DNA of 32,000 nucleotides from Acaryochloridaceae cyanobacterium VAR_48_metabat_390 (lineage in GTDB: Bacteria; Cyanobacteriota; Cyanobacteriia; Thermosynechococcales; Thermosynechococcaceae). The translations under genes and the position numbers were made by a program. The DNA lies in the NCBI GenBank assembly GCA_031422435.1, contig JANPLU010000048.1:1-32000 (forward strand), written 5' to 3'. Positions 10,503-19,549 of this stretch are shown in pieces. The notes below the pieces were generated by a model that saw only the letters and a list, made by a program, of their open reading frames with translations, did not search any database and was not told where the DNA came from. Every line of letters begins with the position of its first letter. Positions within the stretch are counted from its first letter, which is position 1.

Positions 10503-10795
10503 TGCGTCCTATCCTCTTTTTTATAACTCACTTAAAAAGTCAGTCAGTCATGACCCCACCGATCATATCTCAGAAGGTGCGTCTGAATGAAGCGGTTTTT
10601 GTACCTAAAATCTAAACAAGTTTTGGCAGTACCACAGACAAACTTTGGTAAGCATAATGTTTTTCGTTAAAACCTATCCATTTCCAATGCAGGAGGGCAG
10701 GCTCTATTGTTGTGACAGGTGCATTTGAGCGTTTGCTTTAGCCGATTGGTGAAGCAGGCGAGTGTTCGGTCGGGTGTAGATTTGATTGAACAATA

Positions 10796-11068
10796 TCAAG
10801 CGGCAAAGTAAGGCTGCAAATGTTGCTGAAGCTGAACCACAGACAATCGCGGGGAAGGACGCGGAATAGGTGTATCTTTAGGCGCTGTTTCGTTTGTTCG
10901 ATAAAATAAGACTGGAATTTCGTATTGATAGGCCATGAACCAGTCTGCTTGGGCGGTAATGTCTCGAATCTCTAGCTGAAAATTCAAATCCTGAATTTGC
11001 TCCAGCTTTTCTTGCAGCCCTTCACAAAGATGGCAGCCTGGTTTGCTATAAAGGACGAGCGTTGGCAT
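10796..11068 (-). CDS. glutaredoxin family protein
   Basis: MPTLVLYSKPGCHLCEGLQEKLEQ (CxxC) thioredoxin-fold N-terminus; start taken at internal Met of ORF 10796..11098. Confidence 0.85.
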   Translation of the reverse strand: MPTLVLYSKPGCHLCEGLQEKLEQIQDLNFQLEIRDITAQADWFMAYQYEIPVLFYRTNETAPKDTPIPRPSPRLSVVQLQQHLQPYFAA

Positions 11069-11303
11069 AGATTTATTTAGAAAAAGACAGGCTTTCAATG
11101 CGCGATGATTGCGCCCTTCCTATCCTAGAGAGTCTTGACCTGTCTAAGATGACTCTGGGCAGAATTTGATGTGCAAAGATACAAATAGGCCGTTAGAAGG
11201 GTAGCCTAAAACCAAGGTCTCTAAGACTACGCCTGCTGGGTCAAATATCTAGCTTACTGCGTGTAAATTTTAACGTTCTAATATCTACCAAGAGTTAGCA
11301 GTC

Positions 11304-11879
11304 ATGTTGATGGGGTTTTGCAAGTCTAATTGGAAATGGATCGCTGGGTCCCTCTTCCTGGCGGCAGCTACGGGTCTTCCGGTTGTTAGCCAAGCACAGT
11401 CGCCTGGAGATGTAATTCGGATTGGGTCGCCCAGTACCTGGAGCCAATATGAGTCTTATTGGAACCAGCTCATTAACTTAAGTGGTGCGAGCACCCCTCC
11501 TAATGCTGCGGCTGGAAGTGGTGGTGATGCAGCAGCCACTGCCAGTGACCCCAAAGTCTTAGAACAGGTGCTCATTAGAAACCTACGCGTTAGTAACGTA
11601 CGCTTGGTGCCAATTTTTAAGCTCAATGGTTCTTCCCAGGTTTCGGGTAGAATCACGAACGGCAATAGTAAAGCCGTTACGGTTTCTAGCGTTAACCTTG
11701 AAGTCCTAGATTCCTCTGGCAACTTAGTCCAAACGAGTGCAGCAGCACCAGAGCCTTCGACCATTCCGGCTGGGGCAACTGTCACCTTTCAGCAGAGGCT
11801 AGATACGGTGCCATCCGATAGTGGCTTTCAGGTTCGCCTGTCTCGAAGCAACCCGTTTACGATTCAGGGCGGCGTTTAG
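11304..11879 (+). CDS. hypothetical secreted protein with possible FxLYD-like beta domain
   Basis: Signal peptide (WIAGSLFLAAATGLPVVSQAQS) followed by RVSNVRLVPIFKLNGSSQVSGRITNGNSKAVTVSSVNLEVLDSSGNLV. Confidence 0.7.
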   Translation: MLMGFCKSNWKWIAGSLFLAAATGLPVVSQAQSPGDVIRIGSPSTWSQYESYWNQLINLSGASTPPNAAAGSGGDAAATASDPKVLEQVLIRNLRVSNVRLVPIFKLNGSSQVSGRITNGNSKAVTVSSVNLEVLDSSGNLVQTSAAAPEPSTIPAGATVTFQQRLDTVPSDSGFQVRLSRSNPFTIQGGV

Positions 11880-11904
11880 GTCGCGCCTATTGATATCAAC
11901 AATA

Positions 11905-12153
11905 ATGGCAACCGTTACTGTCAAGTTATTTGCAGCCTATCAAGAAGCATATGGTAAACCAGAAGTTGTCTTAGAGGTAGCTTCTGGTATGACCGTTGGA
12001 GAAGTGGGCGATCGCATCCGCCACCCTTTTCCTGCACTCCAGGCTCTCGCTGAGGTGACGCGCTATGGAGTAAACCTTGGGTTTGTAGACCCGAGTACCG
12101 TGGTTCAAGAGGGGGACGAGGTTGTGCTGATTCCCCCTGTGAGTGGTGGGTAG
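11905..12153 (+). CDS. MoaD/ThiS family sulfur carrier-like protein
   Basis: MATVTVKLFAAYQEAYGKPEVVLEVASGMTVGEVGDRI...FVDPSTVVQEGDEVVLIPPVSGG; terminal GG. Start taken as internal Met of ORF 11821..12153. Confidence 0.85.
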   Translation: MATVTVKLFAAYQEAYGKPEVVLEVASGMTVGEVGDRIRHPFPALQALAEVTRYGVNLGFVDPSTVVQEGDEVVLIPPVSGG

Positions 12154-12158
12154 CAACG

Positions 12159-12665
12159 CTAGGGCGCGTGTTTATCTAAAAGTGTAAACAGCGAATCTTC
12201 TAATTCATAGCCAAATAGCTCTGCCATTTGCTTGAGGGTATTGGGTCGCGCTACGCCATTTTGCTTCAGCCAATGGTGCAGCACAAAAATTTTCTGCATC
12301 AAAAATAAATCTAAAGCCTGTGGGTTAAACAAAATGCCTTCACGCTTGCTAAATTCGTGGGGCACTAGCATGGCAGCATAGCGCGCCAACTCGCCAGACT
12401 TCCAATCGAGCCAGTAGGGGAGCCAGGGGTAAATGCTGTCGAGTCGCAAAAACCACAGCCGCACTTCAGGGATATCGGGCAATTCTTCAGACTGCTCTGG
12501 AGCTTGAGGATAGTCAATTTGAAACTGGAGAGACTGCTCATGGTCAAACAGCGTTTTGGTCTGGAGCCAGCGATCTAGCACAGCCTTAACGGGAGACAGG
12601 TCTAGGGTCTCAAAATGTTGGGCGTTGACGGTAATGACGGTAGACATAGGGAAGTGCGATCGCAT
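12159..12665 (-). CDS. CRR6 family (DUF1817) NdhI maturation factor-like protein
   Basis: DIPEVRLWFLRLDSIYPWLPYWLDWKSGELARYAAMLVPHEFSKREGILFNPQALDLFLMQKIFVLHHWLK resembles CRR6/DUF1817. Confidence 0.75.
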   Translation of the reverse strand: MRSHFPMSTVITVNAQHFETLDLSPVKAVLDRWLQTKTLFDHEQSLQFQIDYPQAPEQSEELPDIPEVRLWFLRLDSIYPWLPYWLDWKSGELARYAAMLVPHEFSKREGILFNPQALDLFLMQKIFVLHHWLKQNGVARPNTLKQMAELFGYELEDSLFTLLDKHAP

Positions 12666-12797
12666 CTAAATAATGCTTAACGTAGCCTGGAACAGGCAGA
12701 CAGAAAAGCGCAGGGCTAAAACTCGCAAGCAGTTTGAGTTTGGTTATGATGGAATCAATACACAATAAAACCGCTTTTAAGATTTTGGGAATGTACA

Positions 12798-13259
12798 GTG
12801 CTGAGTGAAAAAGAGGGTGATGTTCAATCAATTCAGTCGCTAGACGATGCGCTGACCAAGTGTCAAACTTTAGGGATGCGACTCAGTCGGCAGCGCCGCT
12901 CTATTTTAGAGCTATTGTGGCAAGCTCAAGAGCATCTCTCGGCACGACAAATCTATGACCGCCTCAATCAAGAAGGCAAAGACATTGGACATACATCGGT
13001 CTACCAAAATTTAGAAGCCCTTTCTCAGCAAGACATTATAGAATGCGTTGAACGCTCAGACGGTCGTCTCTATGGACATGTGAGCGATTCTCATAGCCAT
13101 ATTAATTGCCTCGATACCGATCAGATTTTAGATATTCACGTCCAGCTCCCTGATGCGCTCATTGCAGAAATTGAGCAGCGTACAGGCGTAAAAATTACGG
13201 ACTATCGCGTTGATTTTTATGGCTATCGTCAAGGCGATTCGACCTTGAGTTCACTGTAG
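12798..13259 (+). CDS. Fur family transcriptional regulator, PerR/FurC-like
   Basis: Winged helix LGMRLSRQRRSILELLWQAQEHLSARQIYDRLNQEGKDIGHTSVYQNLEAL; DSHSHINCLDTDQILDIHVQLP; lacks the CxxC zinc motifs. Confidence 0.85.
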   Translation: MLSEKEGDVQSIQSLDDALTKCQTLGMRLSRQRRSILELLWQAQEHLSARQIYDRLNQEGKDIGHTSVYQNLEALSQQDIIECVERSDGRLYGHVSDSHSHINCLDTDQILDIHVQLPDALIAEIEQRTGVKITDYRVDFYGYRQGDSTLSSL

Positions 13260-13280
13260 TCAATTAAGCCCTGTGAGTCT

Positions 13281-13448
13281 CCTCTGGTGCTGGCGATCGC
13301 CGTAATCGGTGGACGCATGACCTCCACACTATTCACGCTGATCGTGGTTCCGGTGATCTTCACCTACATTGATAGCCTTCAACACCTCATTTTTGGGAAG
13401 TTATGGAAAGGGGCAGGCGATCGCCGTGCCCAAGATCCATTAATTTAA
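13281..13448 (+). pseudogene. C-terminal remnant of an RND-family (AcrB/CusA-type) efflux permease
   Basis: In-frame translation PLVLAIAVIGGRMTSTLFTLIVVPVIFTYIDSLQHLIFGKLWKGAGDRRAQDPLI*, resembling the last transmembrane helices of HAE/HME RND pumps; no start or N-terminal portion upstream, which is occupied by the fur-family gene. Confidence 0.65.
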
Positions 13449-13600
13449 AGTATCTCGGCTCAACCCGAAGTTCTTGTCATTTTGCAATGGTTGTTAGAAT
13501 TTCGTCATATAGTACTTGTATGTATGGTGCGGCAAAATTGTATCAAACATCACAAAAAAATGAAAAATAGCAGACTTAATTAATTCATTAAGTACTCGCT

Positions 13601-16600
13601 TTGTGGAAAAAAATGGACAATAGCCGTCAGTCAGAAAAACACGATTCTGAATCTTCTTCTCTGCTAGGCAAGGATAATTCTTTCGTTAAAAATCGATTGG
13701 AGCGATCGCTGAGGCTACAGAGGGTATGCAATCGGACATTAGTGCATGCCAAAGGCGAGCAGGAGCTGCTACAGGAGTTATGCCAAAGCATCATCAGTGA
13801 AGGTGGGTATCGATTCGCGTGGATTGGGTATGTTCAGAATGATGAGAAGCAGTCTGTAAACCCAGTTGCCCATGCCGGACATGGCGAAAATTATCTTAAA
13901 GCACTACAGGTTTCTTGGGGAGAGAACGAAGCAGGCCAAGGGCCAACAGGTCGTGCGATCAGATCAGAGCAACCCTGTATCGTGCAGGATATACCAACGG
14001 AACCCAATTACGCACCCTGGCGGGAGGCCGCACAGCAGCAGGGTTATAGGGCATCAATGGCGCTGCCGTTAACAGATGAGAGCGGAGTGTTTGGAGTACT
14101 GAATATTTATGCAAGTGAGCCAGACGCATTTCAAGATGAAGAGGTGCAGAGCCTGATCTTTTTTGCCGTTGACCTGAGCTATGGCATTAGAGCCTTGAGA
14201 ACAGACCGAGAACGCAAGCAAGCAGAAGAGGCATTGCGACAGAGTGAAGAGCGCTACCAGAACCTAGCGAACAATATTCCAGGAATGATTTTTCAAACGC
14301 GCACCACATTAGAGGGAGGGTTTTCTGTACTTTACGCCAGTACAGGCTGCTACGACCTGTACGAGGTGAGTCCTGAAGAGATGATGACAGGCAGATATAC
14401 CCTCAGAGATTTTGAACATCCCGATGATTCTGTGGTTATTGATCGGATGATTTCCAGGGCTAGTCAATCCCTGCAAATGTTTGATCAGGAATTTCGCATT
14501 GTGACTCTGTCAGGAAAAGAGAAATGGATTCAGGCGGTATCACATCCGATCCCGCAAGCAGATGGATCCATTGTCTGGGATGGCGTCATGCTGGATATTG
14601 ATGGGCGCAAAAAGTCTGAAGATGAGCTGCAGCGGGCTTTAGATACTAATCAAGCAGTACTTAACGCCCTACCAGACGTGATATTAAAAATCGGTCGAGA
14701 TGGGATTTATCGCAGCATCATTCCTAAAAATGACGTGTTTCTCCTTGCTCCTCCAGAGCAATTCCTTGGTAAACATCTTAACGAAGTCCTTCCGGCTGAG
14801 ATTGCCCAAGAACGGATGACCCTAATTGAGGAAGCCTTTTGCACGGGAAAGACTCAGATACAGGAGTATTCACTGTGGGTAGAAGGCAAACAACATTATG
14901 AAGAAATCCGCTGCGTTGTTTGCAGCGAAGATGAGGTCTTGCTTCTGGTTCGAGACATCACCGAAAGTACAAGAAACAAAGCAGATCTTCAGAAAAGCGA
15001 AGAACGACTGCGAATGGCGATCAGCGCTGCCAATCAAGGGATCTATGACCTTAATCTACAGACAGGAGAATCGACTATAAGCCTCGAATATGCGCTCATG
15101 CTAGGGTACGAGCCGGAAGAGCTAAAAGAAAGCTATGACCGTTGGCTTGAGAGGATTCATCCAGAAGATCAAGAGAGCGTTGACAGGACTTTTCGACAGT
15201 ATGTTGCGGGAGAGATTCCAGAGTACAGAGCAGAATTTAGACTACGCACAAAAACTGGAGAATGGCTATGGATTTTATCTATAGGTCAGATTGTTCAGTG
15301 GGATGCGTCAGGAAAGCCATTAAGGATGTTAGGGAGCCATACCGACATTCACAAGCTCAAGCAGGCAGAATCTTCGCTGCGGAATTCAGAGGCAGAGCTA
15401 CTGACGGTATTTCAGGCTATGACAGATGTGGTAGTCATTCGAGACATTCAAGGTCGGTGCCTTAAAGTTGCGCCGACAAATACCACAGGCTTTTACATAT
15501 CCCCTCTAGAAATGATAGGGAAAACAACCGATGAAACATTCCCCGCCCCCGTGGCTAAAGCTTTAAATGATGCTATTCAAACCTGTTTAGCTGAGAAAAG
15601 AGTAGTTGAAACTGAGTTCTTTTTTGAAAAATCCGCCAGAACGTTATTTTTTGCAACTACGGTCTCCCCTATGACCGAAACCACTGCACTTATCGTGTCT
15701 AAGGATGTCTCTGATCGCAAAGGTGCAGAAACTGCGCTCTTAGCGTCTCAAAAGCAGTTTCGCAATCTGGTAGAAAATTCCCCTGACATCATAGAGCGAT
15801 TCGATTTGAATCTAAAACACCTGTACGTGAGTCCTTCGCTGACGGCTTTAACCGGTATACCGATAGAACATTTCCTGGGCAAGTCCTGCCGTGACCTTGA
15901 CATGGGTGAGAGCATGATCAGTGCATGGGAGTCTGCAGCCGCAAGACTGCTGTCTTCTGGTCAAAAGCAGGTGATTGAATTTGAAACGTCTACGCTGGAC
16001 GGCCTTCGAACCTTTGAAATGGCGATCGTTCCAGAATTATCCGCTGAACAAACGCTTGATTCGATACTCTGCCTTTCTAGAGATATTACTGAGCGTAAAA
16101 TTGCTGCAGAAGCGCTCCAAGAAAGCGAGACCCGCTTTAGACAGCTAGCAGAAAATATACAGGACGTTTTTTGGATTGCAGACAGGGAGCTTACAGAGAT
16201 ACTTTATGTCAGCCCTACCTATGAAATCCTCTGGGGTCAAAGCTGCTCTAGTCTCTATGAACAGCCGCAGACTTTTTTAGAAGCAGTCCATCCTGAAGAT
16301 CGCGATCGCGTTGATGATTTGCTCCAGCGCCAGCGGTATGTAGGCTGGAATCATGAGTATCGAATTTTACAGCCTGATGGCACAATGCGATGGATCTGGG
16401 AGCAGGCTTTTCCGGTTCCTGATCCCAGTGGGATCATCAATCGTGTTGTAGGAATCTCCCAAGACATTACCGAGCGAAAAGAGTCTGAGTCTCAGCTTCT
16501 TCATAACTCTCTCCATGACACCCTCACCCGCCTACCCAACCGCAGCCAACTTATACAGCGGATAGAATTGGCTCTCCTTAGAGTCCAAAGAGCTGAGATT

Positions 16601-17800
16601 CATAGCTTCGCAGTTTTATTTCTAGATCTAGACCGATTTAAGAACGTCAACGACAGCTTGGGACATTTAGTGGGCGATCAGCTTTTGGTTAAGGTAGCAC
16701 AAAGACTTCAATCAAAGATTCGTGCGGTTGATTTAGCGGCTCGGCTCGGCGGCGATGAGTTTGTAATCTTACTGGAAGATCTTCCTAACATTCAAACTTC
16801 GATTCAAGTGGCGGAGAAAATCTTGAACGAATTTCAAATTCCAATCGTACTGAACCAGCGCGAGATCATCATAACAACCAGCATCGGCATCGTTTTCGGA
16901 ACCTCGGACTATACAAAGGCTTCCGAGGTACTACGAGATGCCGATACCGCGATGTATCAGGCCAAAACTCAGGGAAAAAACACCTATAGAGTTTTCAATA
17001 CCCTGATGCATACTGAGGTAAGAGAACGACTTGACCTTGAGAACGATTTGCGTAAAGGTTTGGAAAGAGAAGAATTTATTATTTATTATCAGCCCATTCT
17101 TAATATAAATACCTTGAGTTGGGTTGGATTTGAAGCCTTAATTCGCTGGAACCATCCTAGTTTAGGGTTTATCTCTCCCGCAAGCTTTCTACCACTCGCT
17201 GAAGAAACAGGTTTGATTATTTCTCTTGACTATTGGACGCTTAAAACAGCCTGTCAACAGATGGCGCAGTGGCAGGGGCAGTTTCCGAGTGCTGAATCGC
17301 TAAAAATCAGTGTTAATTTGACGGATCAAGTTTTAAGGCAAAACAGTTTCATTGAGTATGTTGACTTAGTTTTGGCTCAAACGGGACTAGAGAGCCAGTG
17401 CTTAAATTTGGAAATTACAGAAGGAGTATTGATCAAAGACATTTCTAGGACAATTGAAATCCTGACCGTTCTCCAGGCGAGAGGAATTCATATTAGTGTT
17501 GACGATTTTGGCACAGGATATTCTTCGCTCAACTATCTGCATCGATTACCGCTGGACACGTTAAAAATAGATCGCTCTTTTGTGAGTCAAATGCAGGTAG
17601 GCTCTCGCAATCATAAGATTGTTAAGACCATCATTACCTTAAGCAATGAGTTAGGGTTTAAAGTTGTTGCGGAGGGAATTGAAACAGAACAACAGCTTGA
17701 ATTGCTGGCTAAGCTAGAATGCGAAATGGGTCAAGGGTACTTTTTCGCCAAACCTATGTCAGCCAGTGCTGTTGAATCCTTTCTGGGGGCTGGGAAGTGA
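13601..17800 (+). CDS. GAF - six PAS - GGDEF - EAL signalling protein (diguanylate cyclase/phosphodiesterase)
   Basis: GAF at N-terminus (RVCNRTLVHAKGEQELLQELCQ...SEQPCIVQD); about six PAS starts (SEERYQNLANNIPG, TNQAVLNALPDV, SEERLRMAISAANQG, SEAELLTVFQAMTD, SQKQFRNLVENSPD, SETRFRQLAENIQD); RAVD I-site + LGGDEF; FEALIRWNHP, LEITEG, DDFGTGYSSL, KIDRSFV, AEGIETE. Alternative start at 13613. Confidence 0.93.
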   Translation: MWKKMDNSRQSEKHDSESSSLLGKDNSFVKNRLERSLRLQRVCNRTLVHAKGEQELLQELCQSIISEGGYRFAWIGYVQNDEKQSVNPVAHAGHGENYLKALQVSWGENEAGQGPTGRAIRSEQPCIVQDIPTEPNYAPWREAAQQQGYRASMALPLTDESGVFGVLNIYASEPDAFQDEEVQSLIFFAVDLSYGIRALRTDRERKQAEEALRQSEERYQNLANNIPGMIFQTRTTLEGGFSVLYASTGCYDLYEVSPEEMMTGRYTLRDFEHPDDSVVIDRMISRASQSLQMFDQEFRIVTLSGKEKWIQAVSHPIPQADGSIVWDGVMLDIDGRKKSEDELQRALDTNQAVLNALPDVILKIGRDGIYRSIIPKNDVFLLAPPEQFLGKHLNEVLPAEIAQERMTLIEEAFCTGKTQIQEYSLWVEGKQHYEEIRCVVCSEDEVLLLVRDITESTRNKADLQKSEERLRMAISAANQGIYDLNLQTGESTISLEYALMLGYEPEELKESYDRWLERIHPEDQESVDRTFRQYVAGEIPEYRAEFRLRTKTGEWLWILSIGQIVQWDASGKPLRMLGSHTDIHKLKQAESSLRNSEAELLTVFQAMTDVVVIRDIQGRCLKVAPTNTTGFYISPLEMIGKTTDETFPAPVAKALNDAIQTCLAEKRVVETEFFFEKSARTLFFATTVSPMTETTALIVSKDVSDRKGAETALLASQKQFRNLVENSPDIIERFDLNLKHLYVSPSLTALTGIPIEHFLGKSCRDLDMGESMISAWESAAARLLSSGQKQVIEFETSTLDGLRTFEMAIVPELSAEQTLDSILCLSRDITERKIAAEALQESETRFRQLAENIQDVFWIADRELTEILYVSPTYEILWGQSCSSLYEQPQTFLEAVHPEDRDRVDDLLQRQRYVGWNHEYRILQPDGTMRWIWEQAFPVPDPSGIINRVVGISQDITERKESESQLLHNSLHDTLTRLPNRSQLIQRIELALLRVQRAEIHSFAVLFLDLDRFKNVNDSLGHLVGDQLLVKVAQRLQSKIRAVDLAARLGGDEFVILLEDLPNIQTSIQVAEKILNEFQIPIVLNQREIIITTSIGIVFGTSDYTKASEVLRDADTAMYQAKTQGKNTYRVFNTLMHTEVRERLDLENDLRKGLEREEFIIYYQPILNINTLSWVGFEALIRWNHPSLGFISPASFLPLAEETGLIISLDYWTLKTACQQMAQWQGQFPSAESLKISVNLTDQVLRQNSFIEYVDLVLAQTGLESQCLNLEITEGVLIKDISRTIEILTVLQARGIHISVDDFGTGYSSLNYLHRLPLDTLKIDRSFVSQMQVGSRNHKIVKTIITLSNELGFKVVAEGIETEQQLELLAKLECEMGQGYFFAKPMSASAVESFLGAGK

Positions 17801-17900
17801 CCTCGGCGAGAATGTTAGCGACTTTTGGATTTAAAAGGCTAACAACTTTATTGAATTTTGCCTAACTCCTTAAGGGTCGTCTTGAACATGGGTAGGATAT

Positions 17901-18179
17901 ATGACAGCTTCACAAGCTCAATGGAATCTCGAACCCAATCTGCTCCAACGGCTCGCTGAATTAGCTCGACAGCGAGGTCAGACTACAGAATCTATCATTA
18001 CAGAGGCAGTGCTTTCATATCTTCAGGCTCAGGTTTCTAAAGATTACAATGCTGCTGCTGAAGATCCTCTGATTGGCCTGTTTTCAGGATCTCCCAATCT
18101 AGCCACCCAATCTGAAGAAATTCTTCAGCAGTCAATCACCGCAACTTCTGGATGGACATGGAAAAACGATCAGCCATAG
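17901..18179 (+). CDS. ribbon-helix-helix type antitoxin (partner of PIN toxin)
   Basis: LEPNLLQRLAELARQRGQTTESIITEAVLSYL RHH-like N-terminus; overlaps the downstream PIN ORF. Confidence 0.75.
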   Translation: MTASQAQWNLEPNLLQRLAELARQRGQTTESIITEAVLSYLQAQVSKDYNAAAEDPLIGLFSGSPNLATQSEEILQQSITATSGWTWKNDQP

Positions 18180-18577
18180 CGGACACTGGCTTTATCGTGG
18201 CCTTACTCAACCAGTCAGATGCTAGGCATCAAGATGTTGCCCCCATCTATATACAGCAACAATCCATACTCTTTCCCCAAACCGTTTTGGCTGAAGTTGC
18301 CTACTTGTTAGGGCGAGATGCTGGGACTTCAACCGTTGTGGCTTTCCTTAAAGGTCTTTCTCAGAGCCGATTTCACATTATTGCTCTAACTGAAACAGAC
18401 TTAAATCGAATCGCTGAGATTTTGAGCCAGTATGCCGACAGTCGTATTGATTTTGTCGATGCCAGCGTGATGGCAGTTGCTGAGCGATACGGAATCACAA
18501 CCGTTTTAACACTCGATCAGCGCGACTTTCGACTCTTTCGACCCCAGCATTGCCAAAGCTTTGAACTTTTGCCCTAG
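18152..18577 (+). CDS. PIN domain toxin, VapC-like
   Basis: IADTGFIVALLNQSD, VLAEVAYLLGR, IDFVDASVMAVAERYG, VLTLDQRDFRLF conserved acidic residues of PIN nucleases. Confidence 0.85.
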   Translation: MDMEKRSAIADTGFIVALLNQSDARHQDVAPIYIQQQSILFPQTVLAEVAYLLGRDAGTSTVVAFLKGLSQSRFHIIALTETDLNRIAEILSQYADSRIDFVDASVMAVAERYGITTVLTLDQRDFRLFRPQHCQSFELLP

Positions 18578-18601
18578 CAACGAGCGATCGCTGATCAGCC
18601 C

Positions 18602-18665
18602 GATCTGTAACGATAGAGTGGACTGTAGAACCCTATATCTCTGTTGTAAGCGAGAAGTGCTGTGC
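18602..18665 (+). repeat. Direct repeat copy 1 flanking Uma2 gene
   Basis: gatctgtaacgatagagtggactgtagaaccctatatctctgttgtaagcgagaagtgctgtgc; 58/64 identical to 19486..19549. Confidence 0.9.
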
Positions 18666-18686
18666 TTCTAAAAGAGGCAACAAAAC

Positions 18687-19421
18687 TCAACCCAAATCTG
18701 GGTCAATCCCTAGCGCCCTCAACTGCTGAGCAAGACGAGCCGCTGTTGCTTCAGCTTGCTCTAAGGGCGTTGGAATCCAATCGCCATGTTCATCTAACCA
18801 TCGTAGCCACGGGCGAGTTCTACCTTCATACTCGCCCTGCCATAAACCCAAACCAACCTTTAACTCTGGCATCCAAAAGCGGTTATTCTCCAGCAACATT
18901 GCTTGATACTGCCCCTTCTCCAGATGAAATCCTCTCAGCGTATTGCTATAGCGGTCATATAAAACGTAATAGGGCACTTTAAGGATGCTTTCATATACGT
19001 CCCACTTGGTTGGGGGTTCTCCCTCTCCAGCTTCAGTTTGTCCCAAATCTTCTTTTTCTGTGCCTGGAGACAATAACTCCACAACCACATAGGGATTTAC
19101 CCCTTCATCCCAGGTTACATAGCTAAGACGTAAATCTTCTGTGCCATAAAGACGCGGCACCCCTATCGCCACAAACCAATCGGGTCGCTTATGCCACAGT
19201 GGATGGTTGAGGTCGTAATACAGATTGATATCGGTGCCTGTAAAAATGCGATCGCGTGTAACCTCGGTTAGACGCAGCGTCGCGCTTAAAAGATGCGGCT
19301 GTAAATCATGAAACTCATCCGGCAAGCCAGGTTCCTCAGGATCTTCACTCGGAAGATCATACATGGTAGGCCAAGGTTTAGTTGCAGATTTCCAAAGGTC
19401 ATCACGATAGGCTTGGGTCAT
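18687..19421 (-). CDS. Uma2 family (DUF820) putative nuclease
   Basis: RRRPDWFVAIGVP-like HKRPDWFVAIGVPRL, NPYVVVELLSPGTEKEDLG, KVPYYVLYDRYSNTLRGFHLEKGQYQ typical of Uma2 proteins in cyanobacteria. Confidence 0.9.
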   Translation of the reverse strand: MTQAYRDDLWKSATKPWPTMYDLPSEDPEEPGLPDEFHDLQPHLLSATLRLTEVTRDRIFTGTDINLYYDLNHPLWHKRPDWFVAIGVPRLYGTEDLRLSYVTWDEGVNPYVVVELLSPGTEKEDLGQTEAGEGEPPTKWDVYESILKVPYYVLYDRYSNTLRGFHLEKGQYQAMLLENNRFWMPELKVGLGLWQGEYEGRTRPWLRWLDEHGDWIPTPLEQAEATAARLAQQLRALGIDPDLG

Positions 19422-19485
19422 GGCTATCCCTTGCTTTAGCTCAATGAGCGGCTGTCTTTAGTATATGACCTAGAAAAATGAACCA

Positions 19486-19549
19486 GATCTGTAACGATAT
19501 AGTGGACTATAGAACCCTATGTTTGTGTTGTAAGCGAGAAGCGCTGTGC
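19486..19549 (+). repeat. Direct repeat copy 2, forms the leader and start codon of the radical SAM gene
   Basis: gatctgtaacgatatagtggactatagaaccctatgtttgtgttgtaagcgagaagcgctgtgc; ends at the GTG start codon of ORF 19546. Confidence 0.9.

Noticed and set aside
11456-11785. 109-aa minus-strand ORF antisense to the secreted protein 11304..11879
   Set aside because: The sense ORF has a clear signal peptide and domain-like pattern; the antisense ORF has none.
18662-18982. 106-aa + strand ORF antisense to the Uma2 gene
   Set aside because: It starts at the duplicated GTG in repeat copy 1 but the rest is antisense of a well-supported Uma2 CDS; treated as a by-product of the duplication.
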